DNA of 64,000 bases. Source: a bacterium CG10_46_32 (GTDB taxonomy: Bacteria; Patescibacteriota; Patescibacteriia; UBA2169). This document shows positions 9,447 to 17,236 of the stretch, one piece after another. Made by a program: the position numbers and the translations under genes. The DNA lies in NCBI GenBank assembly GCA_001889965.1, contig MOEI01000012.1, forward strand, positions 1,170 to 65,169, written 5' to 3'. The notes below the pieces were generated by a model, which saw only the letters and a list, made by a program, of their open reading frames with translations, made no database searches and was not told the origin of the DNA. How positions within the stretch are numbered: the stretch's first letter is position 1; each line of letters opens with the position of its first letter.

Positions 9447-10189
9447 AAGTTCTTGTAATACTCATATTCTTCTTTTGATTGAGGGCCTAAATCTTTTAGA
9501 ATATCGCGGCTACTTGCCTCGCGCATGGAGGAAAGTTCATCTGGCTGTTTCATAACGCGCATTACTGTCCCATTTATCAGATACCTATCAAAATCATCTT
9601 CGTGTATATATATTGGCGGATAATTTTGGCTTGATTCTGAATACAAAATAATTTGATGGTTTTCTTCATCTTTAAAAATCTTTTTGATGTTAGCAAGCCC
9701 ATCAATAATAGATAACACGTATTCATTGTTGTTTGGATGTATTTTACTTTTATCAATAATAACGTAATCTCCATCATCTATAGTATTTCCTTGGATATCT
9801 GCTCTGTTCATTGATTGCCCAAACGCGCGTAAAACAAATAAATTATTTGCTTGTTTTGAGGATATATTGCCGAGTAGCTTAGAAGATACTTTTAAATATC
9901 CTTCTTTTTGCTCGTCCGCAAAAATAACTGCTTCTCCACAGTTTGCGCTACCTAATATTGGTATTGATAGTAAGTTTGTTCCTGCTACTTTTCCTGATTT
10001 TATTTTCTCTATTTTTTTACTATTTTTATCAAACCGAATAAGCCCTCGTTTTGCTAGCTGGTTAAGATGGTGCTTTATCTTCTGTGGACTATCTAGCTCC
10101 CCTATCTTTTTACCTATTTCACGCAATGTTAAACCAGAGATGTCTTTTTTTTCTAATAACTTTATCAATTTTTCTTGTATTATATGCAT
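9443..10189 (-). CDS. LexA-like repressor (wHTH + S24 peptidase) with about 36-aa C-terminal extension
   Basis: N-terminal wHTH (LTLREIGKKIG...HLNQLAKRGLI), a cleavage-site region GSANCGEA, the Ser motif FGQSM and the Lys motif ANIKK. Its TGA overlaps the mazF ATG (ATGA). Confidence 0.8.
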   Translation of the reverse strand: MHIIQEKLIKLLEKKDISGLTLREIGKKIGELDSPQKIKHHLNQLAKRGLIRFDKNSKKIEKIKSGKVAGTNLLSIPILGSANCGEAVIFADEQKEGYLKVSSKLLGNISSKQANNLFVLRAFGQSMNRADIQGNTIDDGDYVIIDKSKIHPNNNEYVLSIIDGLANIKKIFKDEENHQIILYSESSQNYPPIYIHEDDFDRYLINGTVMRVMKQPDELSSMREASSRDILKDLGPQSKEEYEYYKNL

Positions 10190-10409
10190 ACATGCATTAT
10201 ATCACAGATATAATATTTTGTTAACAAGTTTTACACAGCGTAATTCTTGACAAGAGTACACTATTCTATAAAAAAAGCCCTTCGCCAAAAACTGACGAAG
10301 GGATGAACAGCAATAGTTCAGTACTTTCTACTGCTGATTATAAGAAAACCAATTACCTCCTCTCTATGGAGAATCGGCACAATACTGCTTGACCACGCAC
10401 CTTCCAGAG

Positions 10410-10670
10410 TCATAGTATCGTAAGCTCTTTTTTCAGCTTTGCGGTATAAATAGCTGGACCAGACATTTCTGTCTCCTTTTGCTTAAGGTGAATTACCGCA
10501 GTTGATACTTCACAAACCTCCCCTTCTCCCCCAATCTGCTCTATCTTGCCTTCTTGTTCCAATTCATCTAAATACCTTGTAGCACTCGCGTCCGAAACAT
10601 TGAGTAGATTTTCTATGTCGTTGTTTGTGGCCTCGGTATTTTCTTTGAGATATACATGGTTGGCATATTT
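10410..10670 (-). pseudogene. start-less winged-helix domain fragment
   Basis: Stop-to-stop frame encoding ..NTEATNNDIENLLNVSDASATRYLDELEQEGKIEQIGGEGEVCEVS.. with no start codon before the homologous part. Confidence 0.4.
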
Positions 10671-10678
10671 TTATGTTA

Positions 10679-11179
10679 TTAATCTTTTAAATACATCTTT
10701 TCCGAGAGCTCTTTTATATAATCCGCACGCATTACTTCCGATTTCCATGTTTCGGGTATACCATTGTACCCATAGTAACACCCGGATAATGCTCCGGCAA
10801 CTGCCGCAAACGTATCTGTATCCCCGCCCAATGTAATAACTTTTTTTATGCTGTCATAAAAAGTATCAGTAATCATTAAAGACCACAACGCGATCCGTAA
10901 TATATCAATGCAATACCCGGACACCGGAATACTATCCTTATTCAGCTTACTGTAATCTTCCACTAACACTCCCGCAACCTGTTCCGGCATATCTGAATAT
11001 ATACTAGACTTGTGGCCCGTGTTTAAGATGATAGCTAAGAGTTCCGCGTTGCGCAAAACATCCGGCCCCTCGCGCATGAGCCGCTCGCGCGGCCAGTCTT
11101 CCGTGGTCGGCTTGGATATGTCGTACCCTTTTTGTTGTGTTCCCTCCATATATGTTAATCGTACCTGCTGCATCAACAA
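10679..11179 (-). CDS. chimeric ORF: RadC-like N-terminal segment joined to the C-terminal half of an ADP-ribosylglycohydrolase
   Basis: WPRERLMREGPDVLRNAELLAIILNTG is RadC N-terminus-like. SGYCIDILRIALWSL...LGGDTDTFAAVAGALSGCYYGYNGIP is the ARH C-terminal half. The true start is uncertain (TTG 11179, ATG 11173 or ATG 11149). Confidence 0.55.
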   Translation of the reverse strand: MLMQQVRLTYMEGTQQKGYDISKPTTEDWPRERLMREGPDVLRNAELLAIILNTGHKSSIYSDMPEQVAGVLVEDYSKLNKDSIPVSGYCIDILRIALWSLMITDTFYDSIKKVITLGGDTDTFAAVAGALSGCYYGYNGIPETWKSEVMRADYIKELSEKMYLKD

Positions 11180-11213
11180 ATTTCAATGGCTCAACCGCCT
11201 GAGCCATTGAAAT
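11180..11213. repeat. islet-boundary hairpin, right copy (perfect 14-bp stem)
   Basis: atttcaatggctca-accgcc-tgagccattgaaat. Confidence 0.6.
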
Positions 11214-11254
11214 CACACATCACAATCTCGCCCCCCCATCCTCCAGTACAAATA

Positions 11255-11278
11255 AAAAAAGCCCTTGCGGGCTTTTTT
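11255..11278. terminator. bidirectional intrinsic terminator downstream of csp
   Basis: aaaaaagccc-ttgc-gggctttttt. Confidence 0.7.
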
Positions 11279-11297
11279 ATAGTATCAGTATCAAAGC

Positions 11298-11501
11298 TTA
11301 CGCTTTGCTTACTTTTACTGCGTTAGGACCTTTTGCGCCATCCTCAACTTCAAATGTCACGGAATCGCCCTCATGAAGTGAAGCGAAGTCAACATCTACC
11401 AGTTCGTTTGCATGAAAGAAAAGATCTTTTGCTTCTCCATCACGCTTGATGAAACCGAAATTTTTATCGGATACCAACTTAGTGATTATGCCTGTTTGCA
11501 T
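11298..11501 (-). CDS. cold-shock domain protein (CspA family)
   Basis: MQTGIITKLVSDKNFGFIKRDG...LFFHANEL contains the RNP1/RNP2-like motifs. The start is set at the internal ATG. Confidence 0.9.
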   Translation of the reverse strand: MQTGIITKLVSDKNFGFIKRDGEAKDLFFHANELVDVDFASLHEGDSVTFEVEDGAKGPNAVKVSKA

Positions 11502-11655
11502 GTGATTAGTGTTTAATTGAATAATGTTGCAGTTGCTATGCAACCGCTCTCAAAATCTTTCCAAGATTATCTCGACTAAGAAGTCTAAAAAAATATTTGA
11601 TACAGAGAGAATATTACATTAAGGTATTTTTGTCAATAGAAAAAGAAAATTCCTA

Positions 11656-12906
11656 TTAACTCCCCCCCACCTCCCTAAAAACCAAATCCATCTCCCCCAC
11701 CTCCGGATCTACCATAAAAGCTCTACGCGAGAATCCAGTCAAATTCAAAGTAGCGAGCGAACGCACACGAGAAAGCGCAACATATCCCATGCCATGGCCA
11801 AAGGTATTACCCAAATTAATCTCTGCAGTGTCTAATGTCATGCCCTGCGATTTATGAATGGTAATTGCCCAGGCTAACCTAAGAGGCACTTGGAATATAG
11901 AGGCAATAACAGAACTATCATGTTCCAAAGACCAGCTAGAAAACCCAACACTAATTCGCCTGCCGCTTTTTAATCTAACAACAGGGAGCAGTACACCTGC
12001 ATCATCATAAAAATCTACCACAACTCCCATGGTGCCGTTTACATAGCCATGTTCAAAATTATTTTTAGTAAACATCACCACAGCGCCAATCTTTAGCACT
12101 AACTCCTGTGGAATTTTGTTATACTCTTTTTTAAGTTGCAGAACCGCATCCCGCTTACCTTTGGAACGCATAGGATACACCTCTGCGTCTTGTTCTAGCT
12201 TTTCTAGCTCAAGCTCATTTACTGCATCTGCATCTTTGTTACGCGAAAATAATTTGGTTGTGTAGTTCTCTCCAGAAACAGGTTGCTTAAATCGCGATTG
12301 CAAAATCTCTTCTGTTTCGTAAGATGTTTTGCTCTGACGAATATCATTGAGTACTTGAGAGAATAAATCATCAGTATGCCTAAACTGCTCATCTAAATAA
12401 CAAACCCGCAGTTTTGCTTTGTTCCAGGATTCAGAGTGATACGCCAAAATCGGTTTTGTTTTATCGGTGCGAACCGGTGGCAGCTGAAAAAAATCACCGC
12501 ACAGAACAACTTGCAAACCACCAAAAGGTTGCGCGCTCCGCTTGACTGCTTTACATACCTCATCAACCAACTCTAAGGTACGCGCATCAACCATAGAAAT
12601 CTCATCAATAATCAAAACAGCGCATGCCAAAAACCTAGCTTGCATATGTTTGTTATCAGCAAGCTTTTGCAAATCACGGCCAGAGAGCTCCTCTTTTATA
12701 CCAATACCAGCCCACGAATGGAGGGTGGTGCCATCAATATGTGTTGCAGCAATACCCGTAGAGGCAGTTACTGCGTGCTTTTTGTTATTCTTTTTAAGGT
12801 ATTCAATAAACTCACGCAAAATATATGTCTTACCACTGCCGGCTGGGCCAGTGAGAAAAACATTGTTGCCTGATTTGAGTATGTTGAGCGCTTTTTTTTG
12901 GTCCAT
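11656..12906 (-). CDS. PIF1/RecD-like superfamily-1 DNA helicase
   Basis: Walker A LTGPAGSGKTY, IIDEISMV, GDFFQLPPV and C-terminal AITIHKSQGMT. Confidence 0.8.
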   Translation of the reverse strand: MDQKKALNILKSGNNVFLTGPAGSGKTYILREFIEYLKKNNKKHAVTASTGIAATHIDGTTLHSWAGIGIKEELSGRDLQKLADNKHMQARFLACAVLIIDEISMVDARTLELVDEVCKAVKRSAQPFGGLQVVLCGDFFQLPPVRTDKTKPILAYHSESWNKAKLRVCYLDEQFRHTDDLFSQVLNDIRQSKTSYETEEILQSRFKQPVSGENYTTKLFSRNKDADAVNELELEKLEQDAEVYPMRSKGKRDAVLQLKKEYNKIPQELVLKIGAVVMFTKNNFEHGYVNGTMGVVVDFYDDAGVLLPVVRLKSGRRISVGFSSWSLEHDSSVIASIFQVPLRLAWAITIHKSQGMTLDTAEINLGNTFGHGMGYVALSRVRSLATLNLTGFSRRAFMVDPEVGEMDLVFREVGGS

Positions 12907-12980
12907 GTGTATGTACGGTACGTTACTTACATTAAAAGAGCAATACAAAAAAACAACAGGCTACTTGAGTGAACCGTTGC

Positions 12981-13232
12981 CTAATACACTCCCTGCCGAT
13001 GCCCAAACTCAATCACCACAACCAATAGCTCGTTCTTATAAATCTTGTATACAATCCGGTATGGCCATACCCGAAAAGAATATTGCCCCTCGCGTTTTCC
13101 GTGAAGTTTTTTGCCCAAAAAAGGATTGGCTTCAATCTCGCCAAGAATTTGCAATACACGCATCTGGTACTGCTTTGGCAGTTTATGTATGTTTTTTTGC
13201 GCCCTTGGTTCTACGCGCAGTTTGAACACCAT
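12981..13232 (-). CDS. RelE/ParE-family type II toxin
   Basis: 83 aa: ...YSFRVWPYRIVYKIYKNELLVVVIEFGHRQGVY. Confidence 0.8.
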   Translation of the reverse strand: MVFKLRVEPRAQKNIHKLPKQYQMRVLQILGEIEANPFLGKKLHGKREGQYSFRVWPYRIVYKIYKNELLVVVIEFGHRQGVY

Positions 13233-13545
13233 ATTTTTTTGCAGATTTATCGGCTACAACAAAACCAAAATCTTTTTTAAGATCATCAAGCGTTGCCCAT
13301 TTTTTATACTCACCGCTTTTAACAGCCTTGTCAGTTTCGGCAACATGTTTATCTAAGTCTGGAAAATCTCGCAGCACCTCCAATGTTTCCGCCCAAGACT
13401 CAAATTCTTCGGCGGACATTAACACCGCCTTAGGACGGCCGTTTTCCGTGAGTGTGTAGTACCTACCCGGTTTTTGCACGTCACGAGTGATGGTAAAAAT
13501 ATCTTTACGCGCCTGGGTTGTAGAGATAGTATGTTGAGTATTCAT
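13183..13545 (-). CDS. Phd/YefM-family antitoxin with extended basic C-terminus
   Basis: ISTTQARKDIFTITRDVQKPGRYYTLTENGRPKAVLMSAEEFESWAETLEVL. It overlaps the toxin ORF by 50 nt. Confidence 0.8.
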   Translation of the reverse strand: MNTQHTISTTQARKDIFTITRDVQKPGRYYTLTENGRPKAVLMSAEEFESWAETLEVLRDFPDLDKHVAETDKAVKSGEYKKWATLDDLKKDFGFVVADKSAKKYGVQTARRTKGAKKHT

Positions 13546-13629
13546 ATATGTACATTATAGCGTACATTACAAAAAACACAAGATCTGCGCATGGATAGCG
13601 TATCCCCAGCTGCTCAATCGACTGAGCCG

Positions 13630-13899
13630 TTAAAGCTTTACATCAATCGCGCCCTCTGCGCCTTCCCCTATCTTGGCATCGCGAAACTCATAGTCTGCAT
13701 CGCGGAGCAAGGCGCGCACCGCATCACCTAGAACCGGGCCTTCTTTAGAATGGATACCGCGGCCCACGATAATGCGGACTAGGTTGTATCCCGCGTGTTC
13801 GCTCTCGCTTAAAAAAGCACGCACAGCAGCGCGCGCTTGATGTTGAGTGTGCTGATGCAGATCCAAAGTTGCCTGCGGTGTTTGGGCGTATTTGTTCAT
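13630..13899 (-). CDS. Smr-domain protein
   Basis: TLDLHQHTQHQARAAVRAFL...RIIVGRGIHSKEGPVLGDAV. The ATG at 13899 is preferred over the TTG at 13905. Confidence 0.8.
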   Translation of the reverse strand: MNKYAQTPQATLDLHQHTQHQARAAVRAFLSESEHAGYNLVRIIVGRGIHSKEGPVLGDAVRALLRDADYEFRDAKIGEGAEGAIDVKL

Positions 13900-14082
13900 A
13901 CCCAAACTGTACGCTTCTCATTACTAAAAATCAACACAAGTCAGCCGCTATTCCAAATTAACCCATAAACTTAGAATAGTATTCCACTTTATGCAAAGTT
14001 AGGACATAAATCTTGAATATAAAAACAACCGGATTAACCAGCTGTTTTTATACTTCTTTAAAACGTACAATAAAGACGAAAT

Positions 14083-14346
14083 TTAGCACGCGGCAAAATC
14101 GTGCAAACGCCATGTGCTCCCTTTTTTCCTTGCTTCTACAACCCTGCCTCTTTGTGGATTAATATTTTCGGCAAGAGCGCGGCTTTCCTTATTGAAAGCT
14201 TCGTCGCCTTCTACGGTAATAATAACCCATCCCTTATTTGGAATTCTATTCATCAAATCAGGCTTCCTAATAATATATCTATCAAACTCATTAGACAGTT
14301 TGATATTCTTTTTTATAAATGTTTTAGACATACTGTTACGTTGCAT
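14083..14346 (-). CDS. hypothetical protein, possible partner of the upstream gene
   Basis: 87-aa ORF with an 11-nt overlap with the upstream ORF. No motif recognised with confidence. Confidence 0.4.
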   Translation of the reverse strand: MQRNSMSKTFIKKNIKLSNEFDRYIIRKPDLMNRIPNKGWVIITVEGDEAFNKESRALAENINPQRGRVVEARKKGSTWRLHDFAAC

Positions 14347-14641
14347 ATAAATAATTTTCTTTTATTTTTTCGTAGCGCTGTGCAATATCACTCTTCATAC
14401 TGTCGAAAGCTGATTGACTATCCATATATATAGGAAATTTATATTCTTTCCCATTTTTATGATACACATGCTTATGCGGGGTTCCATACCAATTGTCTAC
14501 CCCAAGCACTGTCCTCCATCTGGATTGTATGAGGGCACGATACCGGATCGAAAATTGAACCAACTTGCCTCCCTTGGTCTCAAAGCTTATATGTAAAACA
14601 TCTATATCAGTCAAAGGATACTTATACTCTTTCTTAGGCAT
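14336..14641 (-). CDS. hypothetical protein, possibly TumE/DUF6516-like
   Basis: The central ...VLGVDNWYGTPHKHVYH... resembles, from memory, the DN..PH.H core of DUF6516/TumE proteins. This is a weak call. Confidence 0.4.
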   Translation of the reverse strand: MPKKEYKYPLTDIDVLHISFETKGGKLVQFSIRYRALIQSRWRTVLGVDNWYGTPHKHVYHKNGKEYKFPIYMDSQSAFDSMKSDIAQRYEKIKENYLYAT

Positions 14642-14679
14642 CTTACTTTATTATCTATAGTATACAACAAAAATCTATA

Positions 14680-14799
14680 TCATACAAATACGCGTTCGCT
14701 CCCACTCAAAAACGCGCGCACTGCGGCGCGCGCTTGATGTTGAGTGTGTTGGTGCAGATCCAATGTTGCCTGCGGTGTTTGCACTTGTTGGGCATACAT
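14680..14799 (-). pseudogene. duplicated 5' fragment of the smr gene (39 codons)
   Basis: MYAQQVQTPQATLDLHQHTQHQARAAVRAFLSGSERVFV* is near-identical to the first roughly 33 codons of smr (13899 downward). Confidence 0.65.
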
Positions 14800-14823
14800 T
14801 AGATGATGAGGAGAGCGGGTGAA

Positions 14824-14860
14824 TTAAAACTTTGTGAAACCACTAAACACGGAATAACTC
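14824..14860 (-). pseudogene. remnant 3' end of a small 3-TM cassette gene
   Basis: It encodes ..SYSVFSGFTKF*, matching the conserved C-terminal S.FTG[LF]* of the three intact small TM genes. Confidence 0.35.
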
Positions 14861-14908
14861 TCAATAAAGTACAATAAACAAATACCGGTGTTGCGTCAAC
14901 CATCTTCT

Positions 14909-15616
14909 TTATAAAAAACCGAACACTAGCATCATAATATTCAGAGCCAACAACACAAACACGATAACCCACATTGCTGCCAGAAAAAATTTATTCCAAA
15001 CCACTTTTTTTCTACGTAAAAACAAAAATATCAAATACCAAATTTCAAAAATAGATAGAGCGACAATACTGAATGCTGTTGAAAATTTTGCGATATAAAA
15101 CGAAGCGTCGTCGAACAACGCCATCATATAGCCCAGTCTTCGCGGAAACGCCAGACCGTCAAAAAGCATAATTACCGCAAATGATATAAGCAGTATCAAG
15201 GTAAGCCTCCGCCCGGAGTGACGATGTAGTTTCTGTATTCCGTTTTTAATAATTTCGCTTTTTCTTTTTTTCCTAAATTTTCTAATGACAATCGTTACAA
15301 CACAAGACAGCAGATACAAGTAGATAATCTCTATCGCCGCCATAATCCCAATCATCACACTCATCGGCCAGTCTAAATCGCCAAATACCATTTGCGGCAT
15401 GAGATAAATGAAATATGACGGAATAACTAATACCAGTCCTAGTACGCCAGCAATAAACGACGCAAAAGATACAGTGTCACAACCCAAGCTCATTATACAG
15501 CCGAACATAACCCCCATGATCAAAAAAATCGTTAGCGCGACCAAAACAACCAAAACTGCCATGACAATCAACTTCATCCGGGAAGGTTTAATAAATTTTA
15601 GTATTTTATCTTTCAT
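14909..15616 (-). CDS. polytopic membrane protein (235 aa), unknown function
   Basis: About 6 hydrophobic segments and a central basic loop RKFRKKRKSE. Confidence 0.55.
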   Translation of the reverse strand: MKDKILKFIKPSRMKLIVMAVLVVLVALTIFLIMGVMFGCIMSLGCDTVSFASFIAGVLGLVLVIPSYFIYLMPQMVFGDLDWPMSVMIGIMAAIEIIYLYLLSCVVTIVIRKFRKKRKSEIIKNGIQKLHRHSGRRLTLILLISFAVIMLFDGLAFPRRLGYMMALFDDASFYIAKFSTAFSIVALSIFEIWYLIFLFLRRKKVVWNKFFLAAMWVIVFVLLALNIMMLVFGFL

Positions 15617-15672
15617 TTTGAGTTAATGGAAATTCTGCGCCGCTTTTTAAAGCATCTTTTACATGTCTTGGT

Positions 15673-15987
15673 CTACAGCCCTGTATAGTTGCTCCAAAGA
15701 GAGAAAACTAGCAATGAATATAAAGAGTAAATTACTAATCCCAATCCTACAAGTATGAATATAGTTGATAATATCCTATTATGCTTAACTTTATATCGAA
15801 AACCTTGAATACCGCCTACAAATAAATAAACTCCAACCAAAATAGACAGAACAACAATAACATTAATAACAACTCCATTATCAGATACAAAATTTCTATC
15901 CTGAAAAATAAAAACAATCAATCGCGGTACAATAACAAACAAAAACAGTACTAATAAAATAGTATTTCTTTTAAATAAATTTCTCAT
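15673..15987 (-). CDS. small 3-TM protein, cassette partner 3
   Basis: 104 aa with three hydrophobic helices, ending SNYTGL. It starts 13 nt after the stop of orphan C-terminal cassette 3. Confidence 0.65.
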   Translation of the reverse strand: MRNLFKRNTILLVLFLFVIVPRLIVFIFQDRNFVSDNGVVINVIVVLSILVGVYLFVGGIQGFRYKVKHNRILSTIFILVGLGLVIYSLYSLLVFSLWSNYTGL

Positions 15988-16000
15988 ATGGTTCTATTTT

Positions 16001-16321
16001 TTAATAAACAAAACTTCTTAAAATATTCCAATCCAATGTAGAGTCGGGTAATCTGCCATAAACTTTGATAAAGCTGATTATACCCCGCTGTTCTGCGGAC
16101 ATATCTCTCACAGACGGCCGCAAGCCATATGCAATCATCATAACAGATTGATCGTTTTCTGCACCTGTGCTCTTTGCCTTTTGCTCGGCCTGCGCACTGC
16201 GGCGCGCGCTTGGTGTTGAGTGTGTTGATGCAGATCCAATGTTGCCTGCGGAGTTTGGGCGTATTTGTTGAGTATCAGGAAAGCTGGTCAAAAGATGAGG
16301 ATTAAAAACCCGTAAAGCCAC
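16001..16321 (-). CDS. orphan C-terminal half-domain cassette 3 (chimeric ORF: smr 5' fragment in an alternative frame + last repeat of the CT domain)
   Basis: The C-terminal 66 aa (RSAQAEQKAKSTGAENDQSVMMIAYGLRP...YGRLPDSTLDWNILRSFVY) are homologous to the ends of 16611-17063 and 17546-21217. The 5' part is smr-derived DNA (16190-16275). Confidence 0.5.
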   Translation of the reverse strand: MALRVFNPHLLTSFPDTQQIRPNSAGNIGSASTHSTPSARRSAQAEQKAKSTGAENDQSVMMIAYGLRPSVRDMSAEQRGIISFIKVYGRLPDSTLDWNILRSFVY

Positions 16322-16592
16322 TAAAAGCGAAGTAACCTAAAATAAAATAAATGAGAATGAGTGCAGGGGGAATGATAAATACTATTGAAACTTTTTGAGC
16401 ACTGTCTTTTAGTCGTATAGAAAATTTAACATTCATATAAACAAGATATACTGCCCCTAACAGCATAAAATAAATCAATGAATTTACATGTTTATCTGGC
16501 ATGCCTGGCTGATAAAAATTCTCATAAATAAACCAAGGTGACACAAGAAATATTATTATTAAAATAATATTTTTATAAACTAGTTTTTTCAT
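16302..16592 (-). CDS. small 3-TM protein, cassette partner 2
   Basis: 96 aa with three hydrophobic helices, ending SGFTGF. It starts 18 nt after the stop of orphan cassette 2. Confidence 0.65.
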   Translation of the reverse strand: MKKLVYKNIILIIIFLVSPWFIYENFYQPGMPDKHVNSLIYFMLLGAVYLVYMNVKFSIRLKDSAQKVSIVFIIPPALILIYFILGYFAFSGFTGF

Positions 16593-16610
16593 ATTTTTTA
16601 TTATATTCTT

Positions 16611-17063
16611 TTAATAAACAAAACTTCTTAAAATATTCCAATCGAATGTAAAGCTTGGTAATCTACCATAGGTTCTAACGAAATTCACGAGTCCTTTTTG
16701 CTCCAACCCCATATCTCGCTTTAGCGGCCGCAAGCCATATGCAATCATCATAACAGATTGATCGTTTTCTGCACCTGTGCTCTTTGCCTTTTGCTCGGCC
16801 TGCGCACTGCGCTGACTTGGTAGATTGTTGGTGGAAATTTGTATCACATCACTCCAATCAACAGTGCTTGTAGGTAATCTGCCGAACGCCTCCTTAAATG
16901 AGTACAATACTCCAGCGCGCTCGCCTTGTCCTAAAGCCTGCGTACTCTTGGTGCCATAGGCAATAAACGCTATTGCTCCCCGATCAAACGAGAGCCCTTT
17001 ACCATAACGCTCTGCTACTGCTTGCTCTAAAGCGCTGTCCCTCGCTCTATCTAAATACGCCAT
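16611..17063 (-). CDS. orphan C-terminal domain cassette 2 (5'-truncated copy of the large protein's C-terminal tandem-repeat domain)
   Basis: The 150 aa align with the last roughly 150 aa of the 1237-aa ORF. Homology (EDEILSALANADIETF) continues about 16 codons upstream of the first ATG in a frame that has no start codon. Confidence 0.6.
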   Translation of the reverse strand: MAYLDRARDSALEQAVAERYGKGLSFDRGAIAFIAYGTKSTQALGQGERAGVLYSFKEAFGRLPTSTVDWSDVIQISTNNLPSQRSAQAEQKAKSTGAENDQSVMMIAYGLRPLKRDMGLEQKGLVNFVRTYGRLPSFTFDWNILRSFVY

Positions 17064-17155
17064 GAATGTTTCGATATCTGCATTGGCAAGCGCGGATAAA
17101 ATTTCATCTTCTCTATGGATGCTTGCTGAATACGGGTTAAACGACGTAAATGGAA

Positions 17156-17230
17156 TTAGAAATCAGTAAAACCACTAAAAGCGAAGTATCCTAAAATAAA
17201 ATAAATGAGAATTAACACAGTAGGAATAAT
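17156..17230 (-). pseudogene. remnant 3' end of a cassette-partner-2-like small TM gene
   Basis: It encodes ..IPTVLILIYFILGYFAFSGFTDF* and is roughly 85% identical by eye to 16302-16380. Confidence 0.45.
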
Positions 17231-17236
17231 GTTGAA

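Larger units (their letters stand above)
8932..11213. other. AT-rich accessory islet bounded by direct copies of a palindromic 32-34 nt unit
   Basis: The unit tttcaatggctcaacc[c/g]cctgagcc[g/a]ttgaa occurs at 8932-8963 and 11180-11213. The interior is visibly AT-richer than the flanks and contains fragments and pseudogenes. Confidence 0.45.
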
